This document shows, piece after piece, positions 1 to 24,995 of a DNA stretch of 64,000 bases (its first letter is position 1; every line of letters begins with the position of its first letter). The stretch spans positions 25,310-89,309 of the forward strand of contig JAQGDQ010000585.1 of NCBI GenBank assembly GCA_030141605.1, written 5' to 3'. Source of the stretch: Tubiluchus corallicola. Lineage: Eukaryota; Animalia; Priapulida. The notes beneath the pieces are model-generated. The model was not told the DNA's origin, did not search any database, and was given only the letters and a program-made list of their open reading frames with translations. The translations under genes were made by a program, and so were the position numbers.

Positions 1-1440
1 AGACAAAGGTCTAGGCCATATTTTATATAGTTTTCATGCAGCAGGCTCGCCTACACCACCAAACTAGCTAGTGGCGTCATATGTGTTACTGCACGAAAAA
101 AGTAAGGTTCTCAGGTGGTGTGCCAGGTAGTGTGGTTGCACTTACATTCACCCACAAAGCACAGTGTTTCTAGACAAGTCCCACCCTGATATTTCACTCA
201 ACAAAACTGCGCAAGTAAAAGCATACAAAGGGCCATTTGTTCCAGGTGTCTACAACACACAATAAGCTTCTTAAATCTGCCGGATGTGGTACCACCAAGC
301 AATGTTTTTTGCATCTGCTTCCTCAAATATAGAAGCCAAATATGGCGAATGTCTCTGTCTGATGTGTTTGTCAAGAGCTCTACTAATCAAAAACCTCAAT
401 TTCAACCATTATTAGCTGAAATGAGAAATGATTTGCCAAGATTTCTTTATTTTGACTTAGTAAATGACAGTAAAGAACGCCAGTCTTCAGAAACTTTCTT
501 TAGCTTCTTACTTATCACTCTTCTAATTCGTTTCCTATGAATCCTATCACCTTGACGGTTTCTAGTGCATATTTTCGTAGAATGTTGGTGATACGTGTCA
601 AAACCACATGAACACGAGATGAAAACATTTCTATATTATGCTCATGCAGTAAATGGAACTAATTACATGTTCAGTTTGGTGACAGCGTAAGAATATTATC
701 TCTATACTGCTAGTACTTTAAAATGCAAATTAGCATGACCAGATACGCTTAATAGTGCTAAACATGCTGACACTATAGCACTACATAATAGAGGGCTAAT
801 CATGATCTGGACTATATTATATGAGGTTGGTCAGTTGGAACCAGTAAAGAACAATTTTCCAAAGTTTTGTGCAAATGTCGGTTTCCATAATTAAGATACA
901 TCATTCTGTCATAGTTTACATTAATTATGCATACTGTCTTAACTCTCAATTATTTTAACTCGTTTTTAATTATCAAAAGTAATTTCGGGAAACACTAACA
1001 CAGCATGTGTTACTTGTAATGCAAATTTTCCGTAGATTTTTGTCGAAATGTAGCATTTTCCGTTTTACCAGTGGCGTGCTGTCCATGCATGCAATGCATG
1101 CGTTCTCATTTCCAAAAAATAATTACGATGCAAAACGTAATTGTAAATATTTCTAATAATTAACTATTAGTGCAAATATATCTTAACATTTTAAGCTCGT
1201 ATTGTCTTATAATGTCGGAAGGCTACAGGTTTTGCAAGACCATCACACTACACAAGCGACGGAGCTGTATGCATTCACGATATTTTCCAATGTGAAAACA
1301 CGCTCATTATTTAGACAGGGAGTTTGAAAGCGTGGCTTAATCGAAACTTGTCCAATCACAATTAGCGGCAGCATTGTTTTTTATCCCAGGCTTATTGGTG
1401 AGAGAAATGCTGCCATTCATTCAACTTGGGTTTCGCTGCC

Positions 1441-2116
1441 CAGCTACACGTGAATGTCTACATGCATCACGTGGTTTGTTTGAGCCACTGTTTAATACAT
1501 ACGGGTACAGCTACACATGAATGTCTACGTGCATCACGTGGTTTGTTTGAGCCATTGTTTAATACATACGGGTACAGCTAGACGTGAATGTCTACGCACA
1601 TCATGTGGTTTGTTTGAGCCATTGTTTAATACATTCGGGTACAACTACACGTGAATGTCTATGTGCATCACGTGGTTTGTTTGAGCCATTGTTTAATACA
1701 TACGGGTACAGCTACACATGAACGTCTACGCGCATCATGTGGTTTGTTCGAGCCATTGTTTAATACATTCGGGTACAGCTACACGTGAATGTGTATGTCC
1801 ATCATGTGGTTTGTTTGAGCCATTGTTTTATACGTACACGGGTAGAGCTACACGTGAATGTCTACATGCATCACGTGGTTTGTTTGAGCCATTGTTTAAT
1901 ACATTCGGGTACAGCTACACATGAATGTCTACATGCATCATGTGGTTTGTTTGAGCCATTGTTTTATACGTACACGGGTACAGCTACACGTGAATGTCTA
2001 CATGCATCACGTGGTTTGTTTGAGCCATTGTTTAATACATACACTAGTACAGCTACACGTGAATGTCTACATGCATCACGTGGTTTGTTTGAGCCATTGT
2101 TTAATACATACAGGTA
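1441..2116. repeat. Tandem minisatellite, 10 units of 67-69 bp
   Basis: Unit cagctacacgtgaatgtctacatgcatcacgtggtttgtttgagccattgtttaatacatacgggta starts at 1441, 1508, 1575, 1642, 1709, 1776, 1845, 1912, 1981 and 2050. It explains the repetitive ORFs at 1718-2148. Confidence 0.95.
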
Positions 2117-2444
2117 ATACGTTGGGATCTGGTGAACTGTGTTTCTAACTTCTAACAGACAATTTCTTGAAAAATCACAATATTTGAGTTTGTGCTCTAT
2201 AAATAGATGGGTGATTATTTGGAAAACTGATGCTGGGTAGCTTCACCTAACATACTTAACTCTTTGTATATTTTTGCATCCGAACTCGATTACGACACCT
2301 CCGCTGGTTCAGTGTCTCATTTTATATGATTATCTTTGATATTTAGTTAGTTTCCAAGTTACGTTGCCATCAAACGATAACAGTACACACTGACATTAAA
2401 AGCCGTTATTTTAGAAAACTGTCAAACTGTATGAAGTACTGAAC

Positions 2445-14856
<12,412 letters not shown>

Positions 14857-15662
14857 CTGCAACACAAATTAGACATGCTCTGCAACACAAACTAGATACG
14901 CTCTGCAACACAAACTAGATACGCTCTGCAACACAAACTAGATACGCTCTGCAACACAAACTAGATACGCTCTGCAACACAACTAGATACGCTCTGCAAC
15001 ACAAACTAGATACGCTCTGCAACACAAACTAGATACGCTCTGCAGCACAACTAGATATGCTGTACAGCACAACTAGATATGCTCTGCAACACAAACTAGA
15101 TACACTCGGCAACACAAACTAGATACGCTCTGCAACACAAACTAGATACACTCGGCAACACAAACTAGATACGCTCTGCAACACAAACTATATACGCTCT
15201 GCAGCACAACTAGATATGCTGTACAGCACAACTAGATATGCTCTGCAACACAAACTAGATACACTCTGCAACACAAATTAGATACACTCTGCAGCACAAA
15301 CCAGATACACTCTGCAGCACAAACTAGATACACTCTGCAACACAAAGTAGATACACTCTGCAACACAAACCAGATACACTCTGCAGCACAAACTAGACAT
15401 GCTCTGCAACACAAACCAGATACGCTCTGCAACACAAATTAGATACACTCTACAGCACAACGAGATACACTCTGCAACACAAAACTAGATATGCTCTGCA
15501 ACACAAACTAGATACGCTCTGCAACACAACTAGATAGGTGATGCTCTGCAATACAAACTAGATACACTCTGCAACACAAACTAGATATGCTCTGCAACAC
15601 AAACCATATACGCTCTGCAACACAACTAGATCGCTCCGCAACACAATTTAGATATGCTCTAC
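14857..15662. repeat. 23-bp tandem minisatellite (about 35 units) abutting a TTLL splice acceptor
   Basis: Unit ctgcaacacaaactagatacgct, with some 22-bp variants. It explains ORFs 15232-15460. Confidence 0.95.
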
Positions 15663-18372
15663 AACAGATATTATAGATACGTTATCTAGCGAGACTAAGA
15701 CGTTAACATAAAATGTTGTTCAAGCCTTCACAGAATCACGATTTAGCACCTTTGCACAGGCGGTTTTAGTAGTTATATTCTAATTTATTTAAGTACTTTC
15801 TGTTAAGAACACAATAGATCAGCACACAGGAATGAAAAGCAGCTTACTGGTTTACAGACTAGAAGAAGATTCTGAAAATTCTATAAAGTTCATGGGGAGT
15901 TTTCATCTACAAATTTACAGCCAGTCTTATCAGTCTGAATCTGAAAAGCTGTTTCTAGTTTAAAAAGCTATTGGGAAAGGGTAAAAAATGCAAAAACAAA
16001 ATGACCGCCAAGCTTTGCACAAATCATACAAATCAAACAAAATTTCCAAAAAAATAACTAAAAAAATAATATTAAGAACCGATTATGAGGTCTATTCCAG
16101 AGTAGTTGGACCAAGGCAATCCATTTCCGATACTTTTGTGTCAATGGCTGCCACAAAAACAAAATTGCACTGATCAGCCATTTATATTTGCCTAGATGTT
16201 TCATTTAAATATTTATTATAAAAATATTAAGCAAATTATTTTTATAAATATGACCTAGCTGAACCTGAAAATCCGCTAGACCCCAAAAAGGATGCAAAAA
16301 GACCAAAACAGTCCAAAAGTAGAAAACAAAATGGTCACCTGGTTCCCAATATAATTAAGATATGGTCTAGCATAATGGTGAAAAATTACTCATTTATCAT
16401 TAAAAGTTATGAAACATTTGCACAAAGCTAGTTGATTAATTTTTTTACTAGCAAAGGCCCAGCAAAAAATTTTGCGTATAAAGACATTTATAATCAACGT
16501 CAGAACAATGGCTTTGCCTCAGCAGTTTTCTAAGCGAAAATTGCCAAAATGGCAACATCTAATTAACTCGTCGTCACGCCTCTTGGTGGACCTGCCTAAA
16601 ATATAGCCACATCATCGTGTAGCTCTGTTCTTCCTCTTTCTAAAGAGAAATATATCTTTTTCCAAGAGTCATACTGAACACTGCTAGAACGTTTTTGTAC
16701 AGGCCATTTGGCCAAAATTTCTGAAAGATTGGCAGTTGTGTCCGGGAAAATGTCCATTACGAGGCGCCGTGGCCCTCTCGCGAATTCTAAATATGATTAC
16801 TACACCCATTGAAAGGGCTATCTATCCACAGCCAACAGCACCCATGGGCCATGGCCCATTCTCCAGAAATAAGAGTTATAAGTTTTGCAAAAAACAGCAC
16901 AAAAACGGCCATTTTAGGTAGTTTTGCACTTTAGGTAGAAAGAGCACGGTCGCATACGCAGTATGTGTTGTCAGTTGTCACGTGCTTAAAAACTGTGTAC
17001 CAGCATATTCTTGTACTGCGACAATTTAGGCTATTATTCGTGAACAAACAGTATTTTTTGTTTAGGATTTTATCAAGTTTATGTATAAATTTTAGTGTGT
17101 TTGTCTGTTTAAAATTACAATTATAACATTAAAATTACATATTGCGTTTGTTTCGTTTTAAGACATTATTAAGACAATGGCTAACAATTTTCTGAAGCAG
17201 CACCGCAACTAATTTTAAGTACGAGTCACCATGGTCTAAATATAAGTTTGCAAGATCAAGAAACCCATATCCGTTGCTTAAAAACACCAATCCACTTCAT
17301 TTAGAATTCAAGATGGCTGCCGCCGCATGCGTAATATATAATATAGTAATATAAATAGCTATATTGCATATATAAGGCAGATAGAATGGTGGTTTTAGTA
17401 TCTAGATAAAGGTAAAGGACCAGGGTTGTATTCTGTACAGATTTTCAAGATGTCCGACAGCATAGCTGTAGATAGGATGTTTTTTGCATAAATGCAGTGT
17501 AAAAGGTCAAGCAATCAACATCTGTAACATAAATAAATTTATGACATCACTTATATAAAATTTCAAGATGGTTGCCAAGACGGCGTAACGGCACATCAGC
17601 TATATCGCATGTTCCACTGGAGGTAGGGTGGTGATTTTAGTAAATTTGTTCTACTGAAGATCGAATAATGATTTTAGTGACTAGATACATGTTAAAAATC
17701 CTGGTATATAGATAACACGTATAAGATTACTTTTAAAACAGCCTGTCACATTCATTACCACATTTGCACAGAATTATGTAAAAACTAATTCATTTGAACT
17801 ATCCTAAGCAAAATGTCATACTTACCTCTCAATGTTAATTTTATTGGAACTTTTTTTCATTTACACTGTATATTGTTTGTGCAAAAAACTGGCAGCCATT
17901 TTTTTGTGTTACTGATCCTTTACTTTCGAAGCCGGCAATAGTTTTTTTAGATTCAACATAGATGATCATGGTGACAATTATAAACAAACTATCGTTTTAG
18001 AAGACATTTCTGCAATGAAGAAATGGTCACGTTGTTTTCACTTAAGAGATCTCATTTCTTGATTGATAAAGTTATGTGAACAACCTTGCAGAAAAAATAT
18101 CTTCTAAAACAATAGTTCGTCACTATAAATTGCACTGATAATGAACTTACCCATTAATATCACAGGAATGCTCAAAATCAGCACAAAACAGGTTATCCAA
18201 AAACACGACATTCTTGGCTTGCTGTTAGAGGCTCACGTCAGTTGACACCAGAAGCATAGTCACAGTTTTAAATTTCCTGCTGGCTAGGCAATAGCGGAAA
18301 TAGTTAAACACTCTGCCGTACATCATAATGTCATTTACAAAGCACTCTGTCGTACATCATCATGTCGTCGAC

Positions 18373-18665
18373 CTACAGAAGGGAATACATGGCACGGAGC
18401 ACACTCGCTCCAAGGCAGAATGAATGCGGATCTCTGTAGTAGACAATAAAATAATACTTGTGTCACGGCCATGCGATGCATGACCGCTAGCTAACTGGCC
18501 GATATACAGGGCCATTCATCACTATAAGATTTTGAACAGTATAGAAGCCATTGGATACTATGCATTACCCAATTCATTCAGGTACCGAATCTTGTGTTGA
18601 ACGGATGTCTATCCAGGCCGTTTTTACCTGGTCGACATAGTTGGTACCTTTCTTCTGTTCGTCAT
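18373..18665 (-). CDS. Candidate 5' coding exons of the TTLL4-like gene (18665-18648 and 18433-18373)
   Basis: ATG ACG AAC AGA AGA AAG|gtacc, then tactacag|AGA TCC...GTA G|gtcgac, gives MTNRRK-RSAFILPWSECAPCHVFPSV-D. This joins exon 14856 in the required phase 1. There is no homology support. Confidence 0.2.
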
Positions 18666-19573
18666 ATGTTTGAGACACGTTTTGTCAATGAGTTTTATTT
18701 TGGCCTTAATGGCAAAATTTAGTTGATGTCCTGTGAGAGACAATAGTTAAATGCACAATGTTGTATCGGCAACCTTTACGTAACACCAGCACGACTCAGG
18801 AGTGAAGTAATTGTCTTGTCTCACTTAGAGGAGCTCTCAGACCGTCCTTGGTGCATCCCGGAAGAGCCAGCCATCGGGAACTACGTATAAACATGAGTAT
18901 ACTCCTTGTTGCTTTTTAAATTTGGGCCCAGTAGGTATTATTTTCTCCTCTATGTACAATTGTTCTTTCCTTTGTTCTTGTTCAATAATATACTGTATGA
19001 TATGCACAGCATCCAGGTGTTTAATAGTTCTATTTCAAAGTTTGTGAAAACATTTTACGATTAACAACTCGGTTACTATGTTTGGTAAAATAATCGAGTC
19101 CTATAGGAGAATTGCTCCAACATCAACCCAAACGCTTGGTAATGAAATTGGTAGAAATGGTTACCCTGACATGTTAGTAAATTACGAGCGCTGTCTGTTT
19201 AGTGTTTCCTGTTTAGTCGTCACACTCACGGGGAACATGTGACCCGAGTTTTAGATTTCAGACTTTGATGCTAAATTACCCTAGACCAGTTATAAAATAT
19301 TAGTTTTATTGCCACAAATCATCACAACTTGTAGCTCAAGTTTAATAGAAAATAGTAAAATTATACGCGTAAAAAAGTCTATATTTTCCAACGGTTTACT
19401 GATAAAAACATTGTTTCTTTTATACGCATCTCAAAGACAATGCGCAAAAGCTGCTGTAAACTAGAACAATGAGTGGTTTCCAGTCAAAATCATTGATTCA
19501 CTTTGTACGATTAGTCTAGATTTTTCACTCCAATTCTGTAGAAATATTGACAAAGCTAGCTTGGTGCTTAAAT

Positions 19574-19918
19574 TTTGTTTGTTTGTTTTTGAAATTCATT
19601 CAAATTTAATAGAAAACGGTGGAAAGCTAGACTGTAGCCCCAAGTTAACAAATCGGTCTTTGCTCCAGACCCAAATAAACGAAAAATATTTGTATCGCCT
19701 CTTTCTACTTGATAAAATTGACTAGATGACGAAAAACCAAGAACGGGTCATGTTTCAATTTGTTTGTTTGTTTTTGAAATTCATTCAAATTTAATAGAAA
19801 AAGGTGGGAAAGCTGGACTGTAGCCCCAAGCTAACAAATCGGTCTTTGCTCCAGACCCAAATAAACGAAAAATATTTGTATCGCCTCTTCCTGCTTGATA
19901 AAATTGACTAGCTGACGA
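19574..19918. repeat. Local direct duplication (about 160-bp unit, 2 copies)
   Basis: tttgtttgtttgtttttgaaattcattcaaatttaatagaaaa...ttgataaaattgactag at about 19574 and 19758. Confidence 0.9.
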
Positions 19919-22081
19919 ATATATATATTAAGCCCATACCTGTTGAATTAATATATAGTGTTGCTTGTCCGTTTTTCACAAACAACTTATTGATTAATTA
20001 TTTAATTAATCGAATGACTCATTCACACTCTTGAATGCTTAAAGACAATTAATTTCGTATCAGATCAATTGCCCGACTCCGAGAGCTTATGTCAAGTTGA
20101 TCAAGTTATGTCAAGGTCTATGATAATGTTCCACACAACTGAAACCACGAAATATCGCGTTGTGAGTATAAATCTTTGTCTCTCGAGTTATCAAGCTAGC
20201 TTCCCCAATAAGCCTTTCAGTGTGAGTATACCAGGTTCTTTTAAGCAAATAGTGTCTTTAACGAGTATGTTCTTTTTGTAACTCTTTGAATATTAAAGCA
20301 ACTCGATATTAAGTTAAAGTGATGAAAGTTTTATTGTAACAAAGTTCACAATTTAATCCAAAGTTAACGTCACTTTAACAAAGCTTTAGATTATGCGCTT
20401 GTAGGCGCTTACAACTAAACGGTTAATTCTAAAGAATAGTCTTAATTCTAAAGCAACAAGCGAGTGACAAGTTGCGATGTTCGCACTTACGGTGCCAAAG
20501 TTTCAAAGTTATTACAACTAAAATAAGCCGTTACAGTGACAGAAAATAACAGTAAAATTACTTAACTTGTGGCCTGGCCAACCTAACAATCGTAATTGGC
20601 CAGATCCAAACTTCTGAACGAGACTCTCAGCATCAGAGGTTTGTTTACAACAAACTACGCAAATTCCTTGCCCAGAAAATTCTGTGCTTTTCTACCACAA
20701 AGATGCTCTTTACATTTCATGAGGTTCCTTTGAATTAGCTGATCTCCTCAGTCTTTCCAAGTACAACTCTTTATCTTGTCATGCGGTTGATATGCTATTT
20801 TTCAAGGACTTGAGACCCAAACAAACTGTATTGGCAGTTTTGAACAATTAAGCACTTTCAATCCAGTTCATGGAGTTCATGAAAAATCTAGATGACTACA
20901 TGGTGCGTATCGCATGCTCATGCAATAGTGTTGTGTAAGACACAAACTGATTGGGCAAACTTAAGAGAGAAAGTGGAGGAAACTTCTTTTTCAGCAGTAA
21001 TTTTCACGTGGTGGTATTTTTAACTTTTGGAATGACAATTACTTACATTTTCTATTAAAGGAAAAACGGATTATTGTATAAACATGAGTTCAGAAAGGGA
21101 ACAGACTTTCTTGTGGGGAGCTTATTTCCAAAGGACAAGGCAAAGAGGTTATTCGCCCCCCTTTTAGCTTTATGCAAAATCTCGAATGCTAAATTTTAGT
21201 AAGAAGGCATTGCGTGGTGTTGAATATGAATTTGACATTAGTTTTTTTCCTGCAATTGGATCCAAGTTGGCAGGACAACAATTTTAGGGTCTTTGGACCC
21301 AAAAGCAGGACACACCCTTACAATTAATTGAATAATTCTGAAAATTATACGAAAGGTGTGAGCATTTTGATTGCTCCTGTAAAGCGATAGACTGACAGGT
21401 TTAGTTTGTTGCTCAATATAAAATTACAGTATAGCACATGTAACTGTGACTGAGATTTACTACCTATTATCTATGACTTGTCCTTCTCTATATTTTAAAT
21501 GGGATAGTGCATTTGCACAGTAGTGCGAACAATCCGAAATTTTAAATTTTTTTGCGAAATTTCAACCTTTTAAATTTGTGGTTTTGACTATTGCCTAATC
21601 TTGTCACGAGGCTATTGAATACTTATCAGACAAAGCAATTTTATGGTACATGGTGGGCTTCCACACGGTTCCATAACTGAATGCACTACCATTATTGATT
21701 CCAACACTAGTATCATTTATTTTATACTAAAGTGTAGATTTACACTTTTGATACAAGATACTTTATTGTGTTAAGGGAATTCCTAGATGCATTAACGATC
21801 TTCGTATGTGGTAGTACACATTCGAAACGTTACCAGAAGGTGAGCATAGAATAATTATAATGGCAAAAACCCTTCAGGCCACTAGTTGTGTAATGACATA
21901 AATAATTATTTACGAAAGATGAACAAATTTTATTACTAAGTCATGTTTTGTAACATCTGTATCCAGACAAATGTTATACAATATGAAAACAATTATTTAA
22001 TGCGAAGTATTTTAACTTAAAAACTGTAAAAGAAAAAGACAAGATGCAAAACTTTAAATACAATTACTTTTGCTTAATCAT

Positions 22082-23068
22082 CTATAACCATTGCATTGAA
22101 AGATACCCAACATGTAAAACTGTAATTACATACATTTTCATTCTTATGGCGTACAGTGGAGCTGTGTTACGCACAGTGTCAGAGATAAGGTTGCCCTCAG
22201 GAACGTAAAAATACATCGTATCTGAAATCCAATCCAAATAGTTAGAAATTTTTGCAGCAATAGTCACTGTCACGTTCTTTTTACTAGTAGCTATGCTCAC
22301 CATAACACCAATTGTCTCTCCGGTATTTTTTAACACCATAGGTCCCCCTGAGTCACCCTCTCCACCGCTACGAGCTGGATGATACGCGCAGATATTAGTA
22401 CTTCTGTTATAAATACCACAGCTACCGATATGGATTACTCTTAATTCAGCTTTTTGTAATCGGTCATGTATGCGCGGTGGTAATCCTTCAATCCCTAGAC
22501 TTCCCCAACCAGCGATTAAGACTTTTTCATTAGCATAATCATGTCTGTAACAAACGGGCAGTTTAGCAGGCCGAACATCGTTTTTGGTTCCTGTAATAAT
22601 GGTATACTCAACACGTTTGTTCATTCGCAGAAGAGCAATATCATTTTCCAACACCTTTTTTCTGGATTTATAATCAGGATGCAACTTGTACCACCTAACC
22701 CACCGAACTATAGGTGACTCCCACACATTATTATCTCCAATATAGACTTTTAGATGTTCTCCAGGTTCAAAAAATTTTAGTGGTTTTCCTTTTTTGTCTT
22801 TTTCCACAAAACAGTGGGCTGCTGTTAAAATCCAGAGATTATCGATGATACTTCCCCCACAATGCCGATCTGCACCAAAAATTAAAAATACTATCTGGGG
22901 AAATTCTCTTTCAAATATTTCTTTTCCCCCGCGAATCCTTGGCTCAGTAGCCTGTTCTGTAATATTATCCAATGAACTTCCAGTAGACGTAGAAGGGGGC
23001 GATGTAGAAAGACCAGCAACGAACCAGAGCCATGTGTTACACACTAACACAAGCGCTACCTCGTCCAT
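22082..23068 (-). CDS. S1 (trypsin/chymotrypsin-fold) serine protease, intronless, copy 1 (328 aa)
   Basis: Signal peptide, Ser/Thr-rich propeptide, activation site R|IRGG, catalytic motifs TAAHC, NDIALL and GDSGGP, and a hydrophobic C-terminal tail. Confidence 0.95.
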   Translation of the reverse strand: MDEVALVLVCNTWLWFVAGLSTSPPSTSTGSSLDNITEQATEPRIRGGKEIFEREFPQIVFLIFGADRHCGGSIIDNLWILTAAHCFVEKDKKGKPLKFFEPGEHLKVYIGDNNVWESPIVRWVRWYKLHPDYKSRKKVLENDIALLRMNKRVEYTIITGTKNDVRPAKLPVCYRHDYANEKVLIAGWGSLGIEGLPPRIHDRLQKAELRVIHIGSCGIYNRSTNICAYHPARSGGEGDSGGPMVLKNTGETIGVMVSIATSKKNVTVTIAAKISNYLDWISDTMYFYVPEGNLISDTVRNTAPLYAIRMKMYVITVLHVGYLSMQWL

Positions 23069-23814
23069 TTTGTCTTCTAATTCAAGTTACAGTACGGGGG
23101 GGGATACAAAAGTTATCATCGAGGAACATTTAGGAGGAGTAAATGCATAAATTCAATGTACATCACTTGTCTTCAATTCTTGTTTTCAAACTTGCAGGAA
23201 CATTCAGAAGTAATACATAAGTGTCACAACATACTTGAGTAATCACAATCTAATGCAAATATGAAGATGATATTAACTTTTACATTTGAAACACTTTTGT
23301 ACAGATCTAGAAACAAAAAAAACCTTTGTAGAGTTTCCTGCTTTACAATTTTTGTGCTAAATGGCTACACTGTTAGAGAACGTTCAGAGATTAAAAAATT
23401 TAGAATATTTTCCAAAATCTTGTACAATAGAATTAGATGAGGACAATGAGCCAGACGTTGACATGAAGCTGAAACCGCCAAATGCTGAAACAATTGCTCA
23501 ATGGAACATTCTTTTCTCTACTTAATAATCTGTGCAAAATTTTAGACGAGAACTTAAGCTATAGGATATTCTAGTGACTATACCGTGGCGATGACTCGAC
23601 ACAACAAAACAGTTCTTAGACAAAATTATTAGCAATTGCCGTAGCACTGTATTTAGTCAAATAAACATTTATACACTTCTATTGTACAGATATGACCGAA
23701 ATGAAAACATTATTCCACACAAAGTCTTTCTCGCCATGTCGGCACTACTCTTACTAAAAAAAACTGACAAATTTACATACTAGCAAAAAGTTCCATATGT
23801 GACCATTTCAGATA

Positions 23815-24503
23815 GAGTTACGACAGGCATTCATAATACCAATGACAACATAGCTATCGTGCAACCAACTGACAATGATGAAAACGAAACGTAAAAGGAA
23901 CGATTGACTGATCAACCAGCGGACTACACAAATGCGATCCAACTAACAAAAAGTCAATTGGGTTAAAGGGGCGAGTACATCAGGCTGATGCAAAACAAAG
24001 GTACTTGGACCACAATTGACAACATACTCAAGTTCTGGGACAACAGTAACCAACTCCTACATGTTAAGGGAGGTGTGATGCAATGTTTTTCAAAGTGACA
24101 CCTTTACAGTTTTAGCTAAACGCTCCCACCAACCACCCCAGGAAGGTGAGTGCTCAGGAATGGTTCTCCAATGAATCGAAACAAGACTTGACAACTTTCG
24201 AAAGAACTGAGCGTTGTCACTGTAAAGACAACTAGGACTACCTTCGTGACTAACAAATCTATAAAACGATAACTCAGAAAAAACAGTACCTGAATCTCCT
24301 ACAATTTCCAAATGCACTGGTCATACACTAGCACACATAAAAAGCAGGAAGTATGCTTTCTGACCGGACTTTAAAAAAGAGAACCTGCATGGTCCAACCC
24401 CATGTGTGTAAGGGGGTGCGACATATCACAATGAAAATCTGACAAAGTATCTTCCTCTTGAGCAATCGGGATATACATGGAGCAGAAGTTTGTATGTCAC
24501 ACC
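23815..24503 (-). mobile_element. BEL/Pao LTR retrotransposon integrase relic (copy 1)
   Basis: Frameshifted translation PFTHMGLDHAG..KAYFLLFMC..VHLEIV..FYRFVSHEGSPSCLYSDNAQFF..IPEHSPSWGGWWERLAKTVK..PLT/PIDFLLVG. These are typical BEL/Pao integrase core and downstream motifs. Confidence 0.9.
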
Positions 24504-24995
24504 TGCTTTTCTACCACAGGTTCCTTTGAATTAGCTGATCTCCTCAATCTTTCCAAGTGCAACTGTTTATCTTGTCATGCAGTTGATATGCTATTTTTCA
24601 AAGACTTGAGACCCAAACAAATTGTATTGGCAGTTTTGAACAATTAAGCGCTTTCAATCCAGTTCATGGAGTTCATGAAAAATCTAGATGACTACATGGT
24701 GCGTATCGCATGCTCATGCAACAGTGTTGTGTAAGACACAAACTGATTGGGCAAACTTAACAAAGAAAGTGAAGGAAACTTCTTTTTCAGCAGTAATTTT
24801 CACGTGGTGGTATTTTTAACTTTTGGAATGACAATTACTTGCATTTTTTATTAAAGGAAAAACGGATTATTGTATAAACATGAGTTCAGAATAAAGATAT
24901 ATATGCTCTAAAATATCAGAAACTACAATACCGTGTTTAAGTCAAAGCTTATATTAAATAATAAAATCCACAGATACTCAATATTTGTTAAAATT

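Noticed and set aside
1718-2148. His/Cys-rich ORFs resembling metal-binding repeat proteins
   Set aside because: They are translations of the 67-69-bp minisatellite; the mostly non-triplet period shuffles the frames.
447-2196. Possible last exons of the TTLL4-like gene (about 2196-2121 and 630-447)
   Set aside because: Phase-compatible open frames exist, but there is no recognisable TTLL4 similarity and the donor is weak, so they were not called.
1069-2306. hAT element enclosing the 67-bp array (cagtggcg...ccgctg)
   Set aside because: The termini match poorly and there is no 8-bp target duplication.
14857-15662. CRISPR-like appearance of regular short repeats (also 1441-2116 and 32067-32230)
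   Set aside because: Units are head-to-tail with no unique spacers, there are no cas genes, and the context is eukaryotic.
15848-15940. Exon-like segment with acceptor and donor upstream of TTLL exon 14856
   Set aside because: Stops occur in all three frames and it supplies no in-frame start.
15990-18250. Probable decayed transposon interior (repeated ttcaagatgg motifs)
   Set aside because: No termini, TSD or convincing protein motif could be defined by eye.
22794-23150. 118-aa plus-strand ORF overlapping protease copy 1
   Set aside because: Antisense shadow of the protease with a non-ATG start; not listed as an ORF in copy 2.
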